A stretch of DNA of 64,000 nucleotides from a virus (IMGVR_UViG_3300020048_000033:21156-85155), one strand, 5' to 3'. Counted from the first letter of the stretch, positions 1-9,905 are shown. The notes: generated by a model not told the origin, from the sequence alone. Numbers and translations are program-made.

Positions 1-28
1 CACCTCCGAAGAAATTACCCTCGATTCT

Positions 29-589
29 TTGAATCTTTCCGTAGAAGTTGCTTCTGCGGAAGATCGGGAACGGATTGCAAAAGAAACCGACTTCAAGGTT
101 GGTTCTCAGAAAATCTTTAAGGTTATCAACAAGGATACAGAAAAGGTTTTTGAATCAAAAGGTAAAACCAAGCTCCTGTATCATGGAAGCCGAAACGAAA
201 ACTATCTTTCCATCATGATGAATGGTTTGAAAGTTAATCCGGTCGGTGTCCAGATCAACGGTAAGATGTTTGGTTATGGAGTATACGCCGCAAACAAAGC
301 ACAGAAGTCCATTGGATATACCTCGCTGAGGGGTTCATGTTGGGCAACAGGTTCTTCCGACAAAGCCTATCTCGCAATTTTCGAGTTCAATCTAGGAAAA
401 ATGTGGGACATATTTGATGGTGGAAAACGCCATGATAGTTCCATGTGTTCTTTGAATGAGCAGAAGGTTAGCGCAAAAGGGTATGATTCGGTTTATGCAA
501 AAGGTGGTTATGATCTTCGTAACGATGAGTTCATTGTCTATCGTTCAACTCAATGTACTATCAAGTATCTTATAGAACTATCAAAATAA
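29..589 (+). CDS. PARP-like ADP-ribosyltransferase catalytic domain protein (N-terminus may lie upstream of the window)
   Basis: Protein carries the PARP catalytic signature in order: KLLYHGSRNENYLSIMMNGL (H-G-S), GKMFGYGVYAA (Y-G-x-G-x-Y-F-A), AYLAIFEFNLG, KGYDSVYAKGG and the C-terminal FIVYRSTQCTIKYLIEL, which resembles the PARP1 C-terminus. Confidence 0.55.
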   Translation: MNLSVEVASAEDRERIAKETDFKVGSQKIFKVINKDTEKVFESKGKTKLLYHGSRNENYLSIMMNGLKVNPVGVQINGKMFGYGVYAANKAQKSIGYTSLRGSCWATGSSDKAYLAIFEFNLGKMWDIFDGGKRHDSSMCSLNEQKVSAKGYDSVYAKGGYDLRNDEFIVYRSTQCTIKYLIELSK

Positions 590-756
590 ATTAAAGGGGG
601 AAAATATGTGGAGTGAAGTAGGTTATAACTGGTTTTCGCACAAACACAAACAAAGTAAATCCCGAGGCAAGAAATGCAAGGGATGCTTTGGTAACGGAAG
701 ACATTAAGTACACAATCTCTTCGGAGCTGTTTTTTTATTAGGATAGGAGAAATATT

Positions 757-1005
757 GTGGCAAAAGACAAAGATATGATTATGATCATAAAAGATGATGA
801 TGGTGATTGGCAGATTGCTGATGTAAAACAAAAGTTTGCAAGCTATGCTCTTGCCGAGTCTTATGCAGAAGGAATGATAGTTACCAGACGTGAATCTAAA
901 ATAAGTTTCAAGTTGGCAAAACTCACCTCAAACATTCTTTCAAATATTTCGAGAGAATCAAAATTTATCGAAGAAAAACTTCGTTCAAAAATGGAAGGAA
1001 TGTAG
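757..1005 (+). CDS. hypothetical protein
   Basis: ORF with start shortly after an AT-rich intergenic region. No recognisable motif. Confidence 0.3.
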   Translation: MAKDKDMIMIIKDDDGDWQIADVKQKFASYALAESYAEGMIVTRRESKISFKLAKLTSNILSNISRESKFIEEKLRSKMEGM

Positions 1006-1614
1006 ATGGTAAATCCTATAATACAAGATTACACAACAACTACCAAGTGGTATAAACTTCTTGGGATATTTTTTATTTTCTTCTTAGGATGGTTCATTAC
1101 CTGTTCAGTTATTATTACCGGTGCGTATTCTGGTCTATCAGGTGAAAGTCTCTCTATCGTCAATATGGACAGATTCGGTGGAATGCCCTTATGGGTTATC
1201 TTTGAAATTTATTTCTGTATTCCTTTTTCTCTTCTTGTAAGCCCTTTGTTTTATTTTTTGTATAAACCAAAGCCCTTTATTTTTGAGAAGTTTAAGATGG
1301 GGTATGTCCCTGTGAACTACCTTGACAAGGATTATGATTATCCAATAATTAATAATCTCCTTACTTTCAAGCCCAAGGACGTAAAGTGGATAAAAAACTT
1401 TTCTTTTGAAACAACCCTTAAATATTCCTCAACTAGGTATAACTACTTGCTGTTTCTTTCCGAGGATGGGGGAAAGTATCTATTTGATAAAACGTATTTT
1501 GCAGAAAATATTTTTCAAATAATGGAGCATGGTATAGTGAAGGAAACTTTCACATTTGATGTAAAGAGTAGTAGTCAGTATACTTTCACAATACTGCTCA
1601 AGGACTTGAAATAA
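1006..1614 (+). CDS. hypothetical membrane protein
   Basis: N-terminal half has two or three hydrophobic helices (LLGIFFIFFLGWFITCSVIITGAY; WVIFEIYFCIPFSLLVSPLFYFLY). Confidence 0.4.
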   Translation: MVNPIIQDYTTTTKWYKLLGIFFIFFLGWFITCSVIITGAYSGLSGESLSIVNMDRFGGMPLWVIFEIYFCIPFSLLVSPLFYFLYKPKPFIFEKFKMGYVPVNYLDKDYDYPIINNLLTFKPKDVKWIKNFSFETTLKYSSTRYNYLLFLSEDGGKYLFDKTYFAENIFQIMEHGIVKETFTFDVKSSSQYTFTILLKDLK

Positions 1615-1622
1615 GAGGACAT

Positions 1623-2042
1623 ATGGGAAACACTATTGTTAGAGAAAACTTGATGACAGAGAAAAACTACACCCCTTATTGTGGGTCTGAAACCTGTCGA
1701 TTAATGCCCAGAACAAACTTCAATGGAAGACAATTTGTGTGTCCTAATTGTGGATGGGTCTCAGAGTTCCCTTTGGAGTTTATTACTGAATATAAAAACA
1801 AATGGAATCTTTTAGATAAAAAAACATCCGAGCCTATAATCGTGAACGGAGGAGACTATACCCTTTATGTACGAGACCCAATTTCAGGTAAAGAGGTAAA
1901 GATTGTCCCTCGCCCCTGTTTAGTTCCTACAGGTACTCTCACAAGAACACTCACTCTTGAGTGTAGTCCTCCAGAGGATACTTTGGTAGAATTACCTAAG
2001 CCTTATACCAATGGTTCAAAATTTATGAGGAACAAAAAATGA
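1623..2042 (+). CDS. hypothetical zinc-ribbon protein
   Basis: CxxxC...CPNC cysteine pairs (CGSETC ... CPNCGW). Translationally coupled (ATGA overlap) to the downstream NMNAT gene. Confidence 0.4.
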   Translation: MGNTIVRENLMTEKNYTPYCGSETCRLMPRTNFNGRQFVCPNCGWVSEFPLEFITEYKNKWNLLDKKTSEPIIVNGGDYTLYVRDPISGKEVKIVPRPCLVPTGTLTRTLTLECSPPEDTLVELPKPYTNGSKFMRNKK

Positions 2043-2614
2043 AATTAGCTTTATTTGGTGGAACTTTTAATCCCATTCATAGGGGACATATCGAGATTGC
2101 AAAAAGGGTTCATGAAGAACTGGGATATGATAAAATAGTTTTCATGCCTAATAATAAGTCTCCCTTAAAGAATCCTTCCACAGGGTCAAGCAGTTTGGAT
2201 AGAATTGCTATGATAAATCTGGCAATAGGGGCTTATCCTTATATGAGTTTAAGTGAGTATGAGTCAAGGAAGAAAGGGGATTCCTTTACTATTGACACAA
2301 TTCAGTGGCTTCACCTAGTCTCGAATTTTGCAAGAATCCCTTACCAATTTGGTTTAATTATTGGAGAAGACCAAGCAAATGTTTTTGAACAGTGGAAAGA
2401 CTTCAAGGAAATCCTTGAACTTTCAGACATCATAATTGCAAATAGAGGTGAAAAAGAAATCACCTTCAAGTATCCGTATACCTCCTTGAAGAATGATTTT
2501 ATTAATATTTCTTCTACTGAGATTAGGCGTGATGTACTCGGACGTTCTGACGACCTAGATTTGAGTGTATTGAATTATATTTGTGATAACAGGCTTTATG
2601 GAGTTACTAAATGA
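2039..2614 (+). CDS. nadD: nicotinate/nicotinamide mononucleotide adenylyltransferase (NadD/NMNAT family)
   Basis: N-terminal LFGGTFNPIHRGH nucleotidyltransferase (H/T)xGH motif and ISSTEIR (ISST/SxT) motif typical of NMN adenylyltransferases. About 190 aa. Confidence 0.7.
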   Translation: MKLALFGGTFNPIHRGHIEIAKRVHEELGYDKIVFMPNNKSPLKNPSTGSSSLDRIAMINLAIGAYPYMSLSEYESRKKGDSFTIDTIQWLHLVSNFARIPYQFGLIIGEDQANVFEQWKDFKEILELSDIIIANRGEKEITFKYPYTSLKNDFINISSTEIRRDVLGRSDDLDLSVLNYICDNRLYGVTK

Positions 2615-2979
2615 AAATTACAATCCCGTTTTATATGTCCCAGTCCAGTAAAGAACGTGCTGAGTTTAAGCGACAAATGGTTGGACAGGGGATAAAGTTC
2701 CAGCTTCATGGGAAGGATGAGTTCCCTTATATTTGGAGCATGTATAATACTGAGGATTATGGTACAGAAGGGTCTGATATCTGCGTAATCACTTTTAATT
2801 CTGGTGTAAGAAAGGTAGATGCAAAAAAAAGGCTTCTTACTTTTCTTCAGGAAGAATGGCTTTGTATGAAACCAAGAAAATTTATGAATCTTATCAAAGA
2901 TCGGATTCTTTTGGAAGATCCTGAACAAGAGAATACTCTGTTTTTTAACTTTCATAGACTTGAAAAATTACTATACTAA
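2611..2979 (+). CDS. hypothetical protein
   Basis: ORF overlaps the upstream stop by 4 nt (operon-like). Confidence 0.4.
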   Translation: MKITIPFYMSQSSKERAEFKRQMVGQGIKFQLHGKDEFPYIWSMYNTEDYGTEGSDICVITFNSGVRKVDAKKRLLTFLQEEWLCMKPRKFMNLIKDRILLEDPEQENTLFFNFHRLEKLLY

Positions 2980-2985
2980 TTAATT

Positions 2986-3285
2986 ATGGAAAATAATTAT
3001 GAGAGAGATATTCGATTTTCTGAAATGATAGAAGATTTGGATGAACAGGACGAAAAAGATGCTCTCCTTAAAGTAGGAAAATATCTCTATACTGAATACC
3101 GTTATGTGTTTTCAGAGCTTGAAAAAGACTTAGCTATGGATTTTGAGGGTTTTATCGCAGATGCTTTAATGAAAGAGGATTCATTTGAACCTTTTGTTGA
3201 TGATGTTATGGTAGATATAAACTCAAATAAAAGAAGACACGCATCGTTAATTGCAACTATGCAAGTAGAAGAGATAGAGGAGTAG
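2986..3285 (+). CDS. hypothetical acidic protein
   Basis: ORF with Asp/Glu-rich composition. Confidence 0.35.
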   Translation: MENNYERDIRFSEMIEDLDEQDEKDALLKVGKYLYTEYRYVFSELEKDLAMDFEGFIADALMKEDSFEPFVDDVMVDINSNKRRHASLIATMQVEEIEE

Positions 3286-3290
3286 TAGTA

Positions 3291-3959
3291 ATGGACACAT
3301 TGAATGAGAGCGGGGAAGGTTCTATTAAGATTAAGAACTCCCTAAAAGGATTATCATTTTTCGCTGATTTGGATTTCTTTTTGAGAACCATAAGTGTTAA
3401 TGGGGATAAACGTGGATGTAGTGGATTCATTCAGAATATTGTGAATGGGAAAATTGCATATATCAGTACCGAACACAGTTACGTTTCAGGAAAGTCAGGA
3501 AAGTTTCTTATTCGAAGTGCAAAATCTTTGAAAGATTATACCGGTGGACAGAATATGTTTACTACATTGGAACAACTTCCTAAGTACATAACTGACCTTC
3601 TTTCCGACAAAGGTAAAGGAAGTTCCCTAGATTTTGATGGTGCTTTTGGTCAAGTGTATCGTGAAGCAGAAGAAAAACTTAAACCCCAGAGAGTTCAAAA
3701 GTCTTTCTATGGAAAGGCTCATGTGAACTCAAATGATGAAGCAGATGAAGGTAAATCAATAGTACTTAAATCTTACAGCACAAATGTTGCAGAAATTAAA
3801 GGTGACAAACTGTATGTGTATGGTTGGTATTCTTCTACAACCTGTCGTCATATAAATGAGTTTGCTTCCCAGAATGGTTTTTCTACTTTCTCCAAGAGAG
3901 ATATTGATGGAAAAACTACAGTATGGAATCACAGTGGCGAAGAAGTTTCTGATAATTAA
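3291..3959 (+). CDS. hypothetical protein
   Basis: 222-aa ORF, tightly packed with neighbours. Confidence 0.4.
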   Translation: MDTLNESGEGSIKIKNSLKGLSFFADLDFFLRTISVNGDKRGCSGFIQNIVNGKIAYISTEHSYVSGKSGKFLIRSAKSLKDYTGGQNMFTTLEQLPKYITDLLSDKGKGSSLDFDGAFGQVYREAEEKLKPQRVQKSFYGKAHVNSNDEADEGKSIVLKSYSTNVAEIKGDKLYVYGWYSSTTCRHINEFASQNGFSTFSKRDIDGKTTVWNHSGEEVSDN

Positions 3960-3970
3960 TTTTTCAGAAC

Positions 3971-4363
3971 TTGGAGGTTGTTTTTTTGGAACCCTTATAT
4001 ACCCCTAAACAAAGAACCTCTGTCGTAGTGGCAGGGGGTAGGGATTTTATACCCAACAGAAATCACATGAATTGGTTAATATCTATTATACAAAGTTTAA
4101 ATGCTGATGAGATTGTATCAGGTGGTGCCAAAGGCGCAGACCACTTCGGGGAACTTATCTGTGAAAAACTAAACTTAAAGTTAATAGTTTTTAAAGCTTA
4201 TTGGGACAAGTATGGAAAAAGAGCAGGTCATCTTCGCAATGAACAAATGGCTCGATATGGAACTCATGTCATTCTCTTTGAGGGTGGCAGAGGAACAGAC
4301 AATATGAGAATGAATGCTCATAAATATAAATTACCATTGTATGAATATAAGGACTCAAAATAA
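3971..4363 (+). CDS. SLOG/DUF2493-like Rossmann-fold protein (LOG/DprA-like superfamily)
   Basis: VVAGGRDF ... SGGAKGADHFGE motif pattern typical of phage DUF2493 / SLOG proteins. Confidence 0.45.
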   Translation: MEVVFLEPLYTPKQRTSVVVAGGRDFIPNRNHMNWLISIIQSLNADEIVSGGAKGADHFGELICEKLNLKLIVFKAYWDKYGKRAGHLRNEQMARYGTHVILFEGGRGTDNMRMNAHKYKLPLYEYKDSK

Positions 4364-4606
4364 ATGAACAATGAATACCGGACTTGTTATAACTATGCTA
4401 TTCAGGAAAAAGAATCTAAAGCAATGGGCAATATCCTCCAAAAATATGGGGAGATAGGTTTTAATTATCTAGTACTTTCCCAAGTAGCTGAAAGCGCATC
4501 TCAACTTACTGAGGAACAACTATCAACAAGTTCCTCAGATGTTCGAGCTATAATAGAAAAATTAATCGCAATTGATAAGTCGATAAAATGTGAAGGAAGA
4601 ATTTAA
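4364..4606 (+). CDS. hypothetical protein
   Basis: ORF. ATGA overlap to the next gene. Confidence 0.3.
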   Translation: MNNEYRTCYNYAIQEKESKAMGNILQKYGEIGFNYLVLSQVAESASQLTEEQLSTSSSDVRAIIEKLIAIDKSIKCEGRI

Positions 4607-4875
4607 TGATACCATCAAAAGAACTTTCAACAGAAACAAAAAACTATTTAGAATCAGTATTGAATGGAGTTCAGTCTTCAGAAGAAGACTATGACTTATC
4701 TGGATATAGTCCTAACACATTAATTACCTTCCTTGAATCCTTGGGAGCTGAACGTGGGGATATAGAAACAAATGGTTGGGATGTAGACTTCTGGATTCCT
4801 GTTAGTTATTTTGGAAGCTCATTTATGTTATCTGGTAGTTGGTACTATGGTACTTGTATCTTAACAAAGGGATAA
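4606..4875 (+). CDS. hypothetical protein
   Basis: ORF. Confidence 0.3.
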   Translation: MIPSKELSTETKNYLESVLNGVQSSEEDYDLSGYSPNTLITFLESLGAERGDIETNGWDVDFWIPVSYFGSSFMLSGSWYYGTCILTKG

Positions 4876-4888
4876 CAAAGGAATAAAA

Positions 4889-5437
4889 ATGGAAAAGAAT
4901 ACAAACACATATAAAATTATTCAATTTGGGGAAATTACTAAAAATAATATTCTCTATACAAAAGATTCACTAAAGGAACTGAATGAGTTGGTTCCAGTTA
5001 TTAGTAATTTATCTGAAACTAAAATTGTTGGAATGGCTTCAAATCTTAGAGTACTCGAAGACGGTTCTGTTTACATTGATATAGCCCTTACTAGCAAGGG
5101 TATTTCGGATAAAGATATTCGAAAGTATTTTAGGTTTTCTCCTTCTGGTACAGGAAATATGGAAGCTATTGATGGGTGCTACAAAATAACCAATTTTGAG
5201 CTTGACTCTGTAGAGATGTTTGAAAGAAACAATTTTGCTTTTAAGTTTGCATGTATTGTTGAATCCCTTGTTTCATTTATACCAAACATTTTTCAGTCCC
5301 TTAAGCATTGGATTGAAGTAGTAAAATACAGACGCTCAAAAGATGGAAGGGCATATCAGTCAGAACTTAGACGATTCCAGAATATCCCTACAATGAAGAA
5401 TGATTCAACCAATAGAAAAAGTGGAAAGGAGACTTAA
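4889..5437 (+). CDS. hypothetical protein
   Basis: 182-aa ORF. Confidence 0.4.
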   Translation: MEKNTNTYKIIQFGEITKNNILYTKDSLKELNELVPVISNLSETKIVGMASNLRVLEDGSVYIDIALTSKGISDKDIRKYFRFSPSGTGNMEAIDGCYKITNFELDSVEMFERNNFAFKFACIVESLVSFIPNIFQSLKHWIEVVKYRRSKDGRAYQSELRRFQNIPTMKNDSTNRKSGKET

Positions 5438-5836
5438 ATGGATACGTATGATGCTTATAGTGAGTTTGAGAGAAAACAAAGAAGGACAAGTTTCATAGTT
5501 AAAACTTGTGCATTGATAGGATTACTTTTAGTTGTTTGTTCAGCTATGGCAATCTATTTTAGTGTGAAATCAAAACCTGTTGATAAGCCTTATGAAAGAG
5601 GTCAATCCTTTGTTGAAAACGCAAAAAGCCTTGAGTCAGAGGATTCCCCTGCTAAAGAACTTCTTGACCTAATTAAGCTGAAAATGGAGTATGCCTATTT
5701 CGAGGGTCAGAAGGATGCTCTTAATGGTGATTTTAGAATTAAGAAGACCTATGAGGGCGTCTATGTTTGGGTGTCTTCCTGTTGGGATGAATCGTTAGAT
5801 CCAATGCTTTATGATCCCAGTGAAGAAGAAGAGTAA
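5438..5836 (+). CDS. hypothetical membrane-anchored protein
   Basis: One N-terminal TM helix (FIVKTCALIGLLLVVCSAMAIYF). Confidence 0.4.
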   Translation: MDTYDAYSEFERKQRRTSFIVKTCALIGLLLVVCSAMAIYFSVKSKPVDKPYERGQSFVENAKSLESEDSPAKELLDLIKLKMEYAYFEGQKDALNGDFRIKKTYEGVYVWVSSCWDESLDPMLYDPSEEEE

Positions 5837-6018
5837 TGGGTTCACAGGTATCAACCAGTATAGATTTTATTCGGGAGGATATTGAGGAAACTCAGAAGTT
5901 CCTTAATAGGAAATGTATGGGGAAAGAAGAAAACTACTTTCTGTCAAAGATGATTTCTGATGTAAATTATTTGCTTGGACTAACTGATATATTATTGGAG
6001 AACGCAAATGATAAATAG
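5836..6018 (+). CDS. hypothetical protein
   Basis: Short ORF coupled to the upstream gene. Confidence 0.3.
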   Translation: MGSQVSTSIDFIREDIEETQKFLNRKCMGKEENYFLSKMISDVNYLLGLTDILLENANDK

Positions 6019-6038
6019 AAAGGATTCATGCAATTAAA

Positions 6039-6251
6039 ATGATCTCTGCAACCTTGTCAGAAATCGAGACAAACTTTGTAGGTTTTTCGGATTCCTTGGT
6101 TAGTGTAATTAGGGAAGATAAGTCACCAGTTCTTATAGAAGTTACTGATAATGGTAAGTTCATAAGGTTTTTCGCTCAACCAGAGACTCAATCTCGGGAA
6201 GATATCTTGAAAATGCTAAAAGACCTGCTTTCCAAGCATCTGAAAAAATAG
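6039..6251 (+). CDS. hypothetical protein
   Basis: Short ORF. Confidence 0.3.
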   Translation: MISATLSEIETNFVGFSDSLVSVIREDKSPVLIEVTDNGKFIRFFAQPETQSREDILKMLKDLLSKHLKK

Positions 6252-6266
6252 TTAAAATAATGCAAA

Positions 6267-6313
6267 AAAGTTTTGAACTTTTCCTGAAAATCCTATATAT
6301 TATATATGTAGGG
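6267..6313 (+). promoter_or_regulatory. conserved phage promoter-like motif, class A (AAAAGTTTTGAACTTTTCCTGAAAATCCTATATATTATATA), copy 1
   Basis: Near-identical ~45-bp intergenic element present 7 times in the window. AT-rich TATATTATATA -10-like end. Here it precedes a roughly 400-nt non-coding tRNA-like region. Confidence 0.55.
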
Positions 6314-6613
6314 AAATACGGAACTACATTGGTAGTTTCAACTACAGAAGGGACAATCTGGTCTGCTACTTCCCTTCTGTGATAATAGACTTGATCAGCT
6401 TGAGATCACAGATTTCTGCCTGTTGCCTTTAATGGTATTGGTGGCACTTAGTCTGTCGGTTCCTTGCGGGTGGCTCCAGTGATCAAGTAGGTAAAGTTTG
6501 TCCTAGATACCCCAACTTATCTTCGGGTTATCCTGCTCTGGACAGTTAAAACCTCGTGGGTTTCCACATGGTCTTTACCAACCTACACCTCGCTCCTTTC
6601 TTTACCTTACTGG

Positions 6614-6689
6614 CAGGGTATTTATTCGAGATGGTCGAATAGTTTTCCGTATGGAGAACTCATAAAGGTTCGAATCCTTTTACCTTGAC
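6614..6689 (+). ncRNA. tRNA-like element (acceptor CAGGGTA/TACCTTG, T-arm AAAGG-TTCGAAT-CCTTT, atypical D and anticodon arms)
   Basis: Canonical T-loop and a pairing acceptor stem. D-arm is a 7-bp hairpin and the anticodon loop is non-standard (6 or 8 nt). Confidence 0.3.
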
Positions 6690-6715
6690 TAACTTAATTT
6701 ACGGGGAGGTTATCA

Positions 6716-7246
6716 ATGACTATATATACAGTGAAAGGGAAATTCTTTCAAGAAAAAGGATATTCTGATAATAACTTCTTCAAGGACTTTAAGTTGTTGA
6801 TTATGTTATATGATAGTATTGCTAAGGCAACAATACTTGAAACTTTACACGAAACTCACCCAGATGTAGGTAAGATAGATCCTGTTCTTAGAATACGAAA
6901 TGAACAGTCAATTGCTAGTGACCTGAAACATATGGATGTAATTAGTGAAAGACTTATTGAGTTCTTAGAATCTGCAAGAAAGAGCAATTACAATGATTTT
7001 GTTACAAACCAGAGCTTTAATACAAACGCTCAGGTTTCCCTTCATATTCATAATAATCTTGTTCGGGCTATAAAGTATCTTAAGGATGAAAAAGAAAAAG
7101 AGTTTTCCAAATCAACTGCAAAAGAGGCAGAAGATAAGATTATTGAAATAGTGGATTGGTTTAATGAGGAAGCATCTTCCTCCAAGCGAAGGTCTGAAAA
7201 GGATATCCGAGTTTTTATCAGTTTTAATTGGCCCGAGGAAACTTAA
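6716..7246 (+). CDS. hypothetical protein
   Basis: 176-aa ORF. Confidence 0.4.
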   Translation: MTIYTVKGKFFQEKGYSDNNFFKDFKLLIMLYDSIAKATILETLHETHPDVGKIDPVLRIRNEQSIASDLKHMDVISERLIEFLESARKSNYNDFVTNQSFNTNAQVSLHIHNNLVRAIKYLKDEKEKEFSKSTAKEAEDKIIEIVDWFNEEASSSKRRSEKDIRVFISFNWPEET

Positions 7247-8475
7247 GATTTTTCTGGTATAGTACCTGCTTTGGCTCAGGTGGAATAATATTGGGTTCGA
7301 ATCCCGAGTACCAGTTTAGAGTTATTATTTAATGTTAATATAACTCAAGGATTGAAATATTCAGTCAGTGAAAGCTGATAGTAATTGGAGTTGTTCACCA
7401 ATTATTGATTTGATAGCCTTCTTCCTTTGGCTAGACTAATCTGAAAATAATTTAAATCGAGTGTTGATTAGTTTCTTAGGGGGATACCCTTTGGATGGGA
7501 TGCAATTGCCCACAACGCTTTATACACGTACATGATAATGAAGTACTTGATGCTAACACATCCTTGATAAGCCTTCGACAGTGTAGAATGAAATCCTATG
7601 CCTCTAGTATGATGGGTGAGCATTGCAGATTAAAGAATTGGATGAGCAGTAATATCGTGATGATGCCAATTTTAGTCGGGAATAAAAGCAATGTATTAAA
7701 GGATGGAAATATAATAATAAATATACTTGACGACTAATCGGATGAGGGAAAGCCACCGCCTGAGACACCCCCAAGACTGATTTTTCCGTGACTAATAAAA
7801 TATTAAACTTAATCGGGTCGTATGATTTGTGTATGGAAACTATACAGAGGAAGTCCTTCGAGAGTCCCGCCCTTATAAAATTGCTAGGGTTAAGTAAAGT
7901 AAAATGGTACGCACGAATCTGGTAGTCACGTTAGAACCCTACCTTTAGTAAGAGTGTAAACAGCTCTGAAGTTTCGTAATGTCGAACATCTGAAATAGAG
8001 ATGGACAAGAAAACTTAAATATAGCTGAGATAAAGAAGGCTTAGAAAACTCCTCGTGTATTGTGGAGAATTGCCGGTTGAGTCTGACCGGATGAAAGTGT
8101 AACTGTTACGAGAGTGACGACGACTAGTATTTTGGTAGATACTAAAATAGTAGCGTAAGAGAAATACACGTACTAATCTTTCATTGGCTGACTGGTTAGT
8201 TTCCGATAATTGCATCTTCCACCCTCTTATAGATGTGATTGTGGTTGCCCTGCGAGAATAGGGTTTTCTTTTTTCTTAAAGTTCTAATATAAAACTTAAA
8301 TTATATTTTCTGAACTATACCCACTCAAAGCTACAAAACGATGAAGAGGGCCGGCTGTCTGTAGATGAAAATGACTGAAGGCTGGCGTAAGGGTATTGGA
8401 TTGCAAACATCGAAGTTCTGGTTTTCTCCGTATACACGGAGGTATTTCTGAGAAATAACCTGCATAATCCAAGTT

Positions 8476-8937
8476 TTGACATCGGGTAGCTCGTTGAGTC
8501 CGATGAGATTGTCGTACAAAGGAATTACAATGATATTAGCTTTTATCTTTTTACTCGTAGGTATTGTTCTTTTTGGTGTGGGTAGAGTTTTAGAAGTTTA
8601 TGCATCTTACTCTATTGTTTCCTTTTTAGGGCAAGTATTTGGAACAATTTCTTTTTTATTAATGCTTCTTTTCTTTTTAGTTTCTGCTGGTGTTAAATCT
8701 GAAAACAAAGAACTTTATACAAAGTATTTGGTACAGTATGAAACCTTTGATTTGATTCAATCAAACCTTGAAACGGTATCTATAAGGTTAAGAGCAGAAA
8801 CTTATGAAGCTTCCTTAAATAGTAATGAAGATATAGCTTTTGCTAGAAAGTTTAAGGGTACTGTTGTTCAAGACCTTTTTCATGATTATAAGTTTTATGA
8901 AAATGTATATCTCTTTGATCTTTCTAAATTAAACTAA
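8476..8937 (+). CDS. hypothetical membrane protein (paralog of 8948-9370)
   Basis: Two N-terminal TM helices. C-terminal ...HDYKFYENVYLFDLSKLN shared with the next ORF (...MHDAVLFDLTKIK). Confidence 0.4.
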   Translation: MTSGSSLSPMRLSYKGITMILAFIFLLVGIVLFGVGRVLEVYASYSIVSFLGQVFGTISFLLMLLFFLVSAGVKSENKELYTKYLVQYETFDLIQSNLETVSIRLRAETYEASLNSNEDIAFARKFKGTVVQDLFHDYKFYENVYLFDLSKLN

Positions 8938-8947
8938 AGGAATAAAA

Positions 8948-9370
8948 ATGAAACTGGTGATGTTATTTCTACAACTCGCAACAATTATTTTTTGTATGTC
9001 AGGTTTAATGTACCTTGTTTTTAAGGGTACAAGAAATTTCAACCTTGCAACTAAAGTAGGGATAAGTGGTGCTGTGTTAGGTTTTGTACTTCTTGTTATG
9101 AGTGGGTTTAGTCTCTTACTTTTGTATGTCAGTGAATCCGAGTTTAAGGGAGACTATGATACTTATGTTGCTAATACAGAAAACTATGAACTTATAGTTT
9201 CTAATCCTGAAGCGTCATTTGCTTTGAGGGCACAAATGTATAATATGGCAAGTTCTTACAATAAAACCATATTAGACTGTAGAGAGCATGAGTTCTCAAT
9301 TAATTCTGATTACTACAATCCCTATTTCATGCATGATGCAGTTTTGTTTGATCTTACTAAAATAAAATAA
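8948..9370 (+). CDS. hypothetical membrane protein (paralog of 8476-8937)
   Basis: Same architecture and C-terminal motif as the upstream ORF. Tandem duplication. Confidence 0.4.
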   Translation: MKLVMLFLQLATIIFCMSGLMYLVFKGTRNFNLATKVGISGAVLGFVLLVMSGFSLLLLYVSESEFKGDYDTYVANTENYELIVSNPEASFALRAQMYNMASSYNKTILDCREHEFSINSDYYNPYFMHDAVLFDLTKIK

Positions 9371-9409
9371 ATGTTAATATTACTAAGTAAAGACGTTAGA
9401 TAATTACTT

Positions 9410-9482
9410 GGCTCCGTAGCCCAAAGGCAGAGGCAAAGGACTTAAAATCCTTACAGTATGGGTTCGAGTCCCATGGGAGCTA
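9410..9482 (+). tRNA. tRNA, class I (short variable loop), anticodon UAA
   Basis: Acceptor GGCTCCG/GGGAGCT (one G-G mismatch at 7-66), T-arm ATGGG-TTCGAGT-CCCAT, anticodon stem AAGGA/TCCTT with loop CTTAAAA. Paralog of the tRNA at 16674. Confidence 0.45.
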
Positions 9483-9581
9483 TTAAAAATAATTGTGATA
9501 GAGTTTACTTTATTCGTTCTGGGAGATTCTTGTGTTTTTCTCTGTATACACAGAGGTGTTTCGGAAGAAAGTTCTGGTTGA

Positions 9582-9905
9582 GTGGCATTTGCGCCCATCC
9601 TTGTACATGTAGGTGGAAACCCTATCAATTATTTTTCTATTAATCAAAAAGGAATCCTCATGATTGACTCAGAAGACAAAGAATATCTTAATTCTTTAAG
9701 TTGTAATCTTATAGGAAAAACAAAGTCAGATTCTACTGCCGTACTTGATAAGGAAGTAGAACTTGGAAATATCAGCGAATATAGCCTTGACCATGGTGTA
9801 AGTACCTCCCTTAAAGTTAAGCTATCTCACACAATTGATTTTATAGAGGTTGTAATAAAAGGTAGAAGTGCCGTGATGAAAAGGACACCAGAAGATGCAA
9901 ACTAA
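9582..9905 (+). CDS. hypothetical protein
   Basis: ORF downstream of a conserved hairpin. Confidence 0.3.
   Translation: MAFAPILVHVGGNPINYFSINQKGILMIDSEDKEYLNSLSCNLIGKTKSDSTAVLDKEVELGNISEYSLDHGVSTSLKVKLSHTIDFIEVVIKGRSAVMKRTPEDAN

Noticed and set aside
7262-7317. T-arm (TTGGG-TTCGAAT-CCCGA) plus pairing acceptor (CTGGTAT/GTACCAG) minihelix
   Set aside because: Only ~62 nt with no anticodon arm, so it is not a tRNA. Kept only as part of the structured non-coding region finding.
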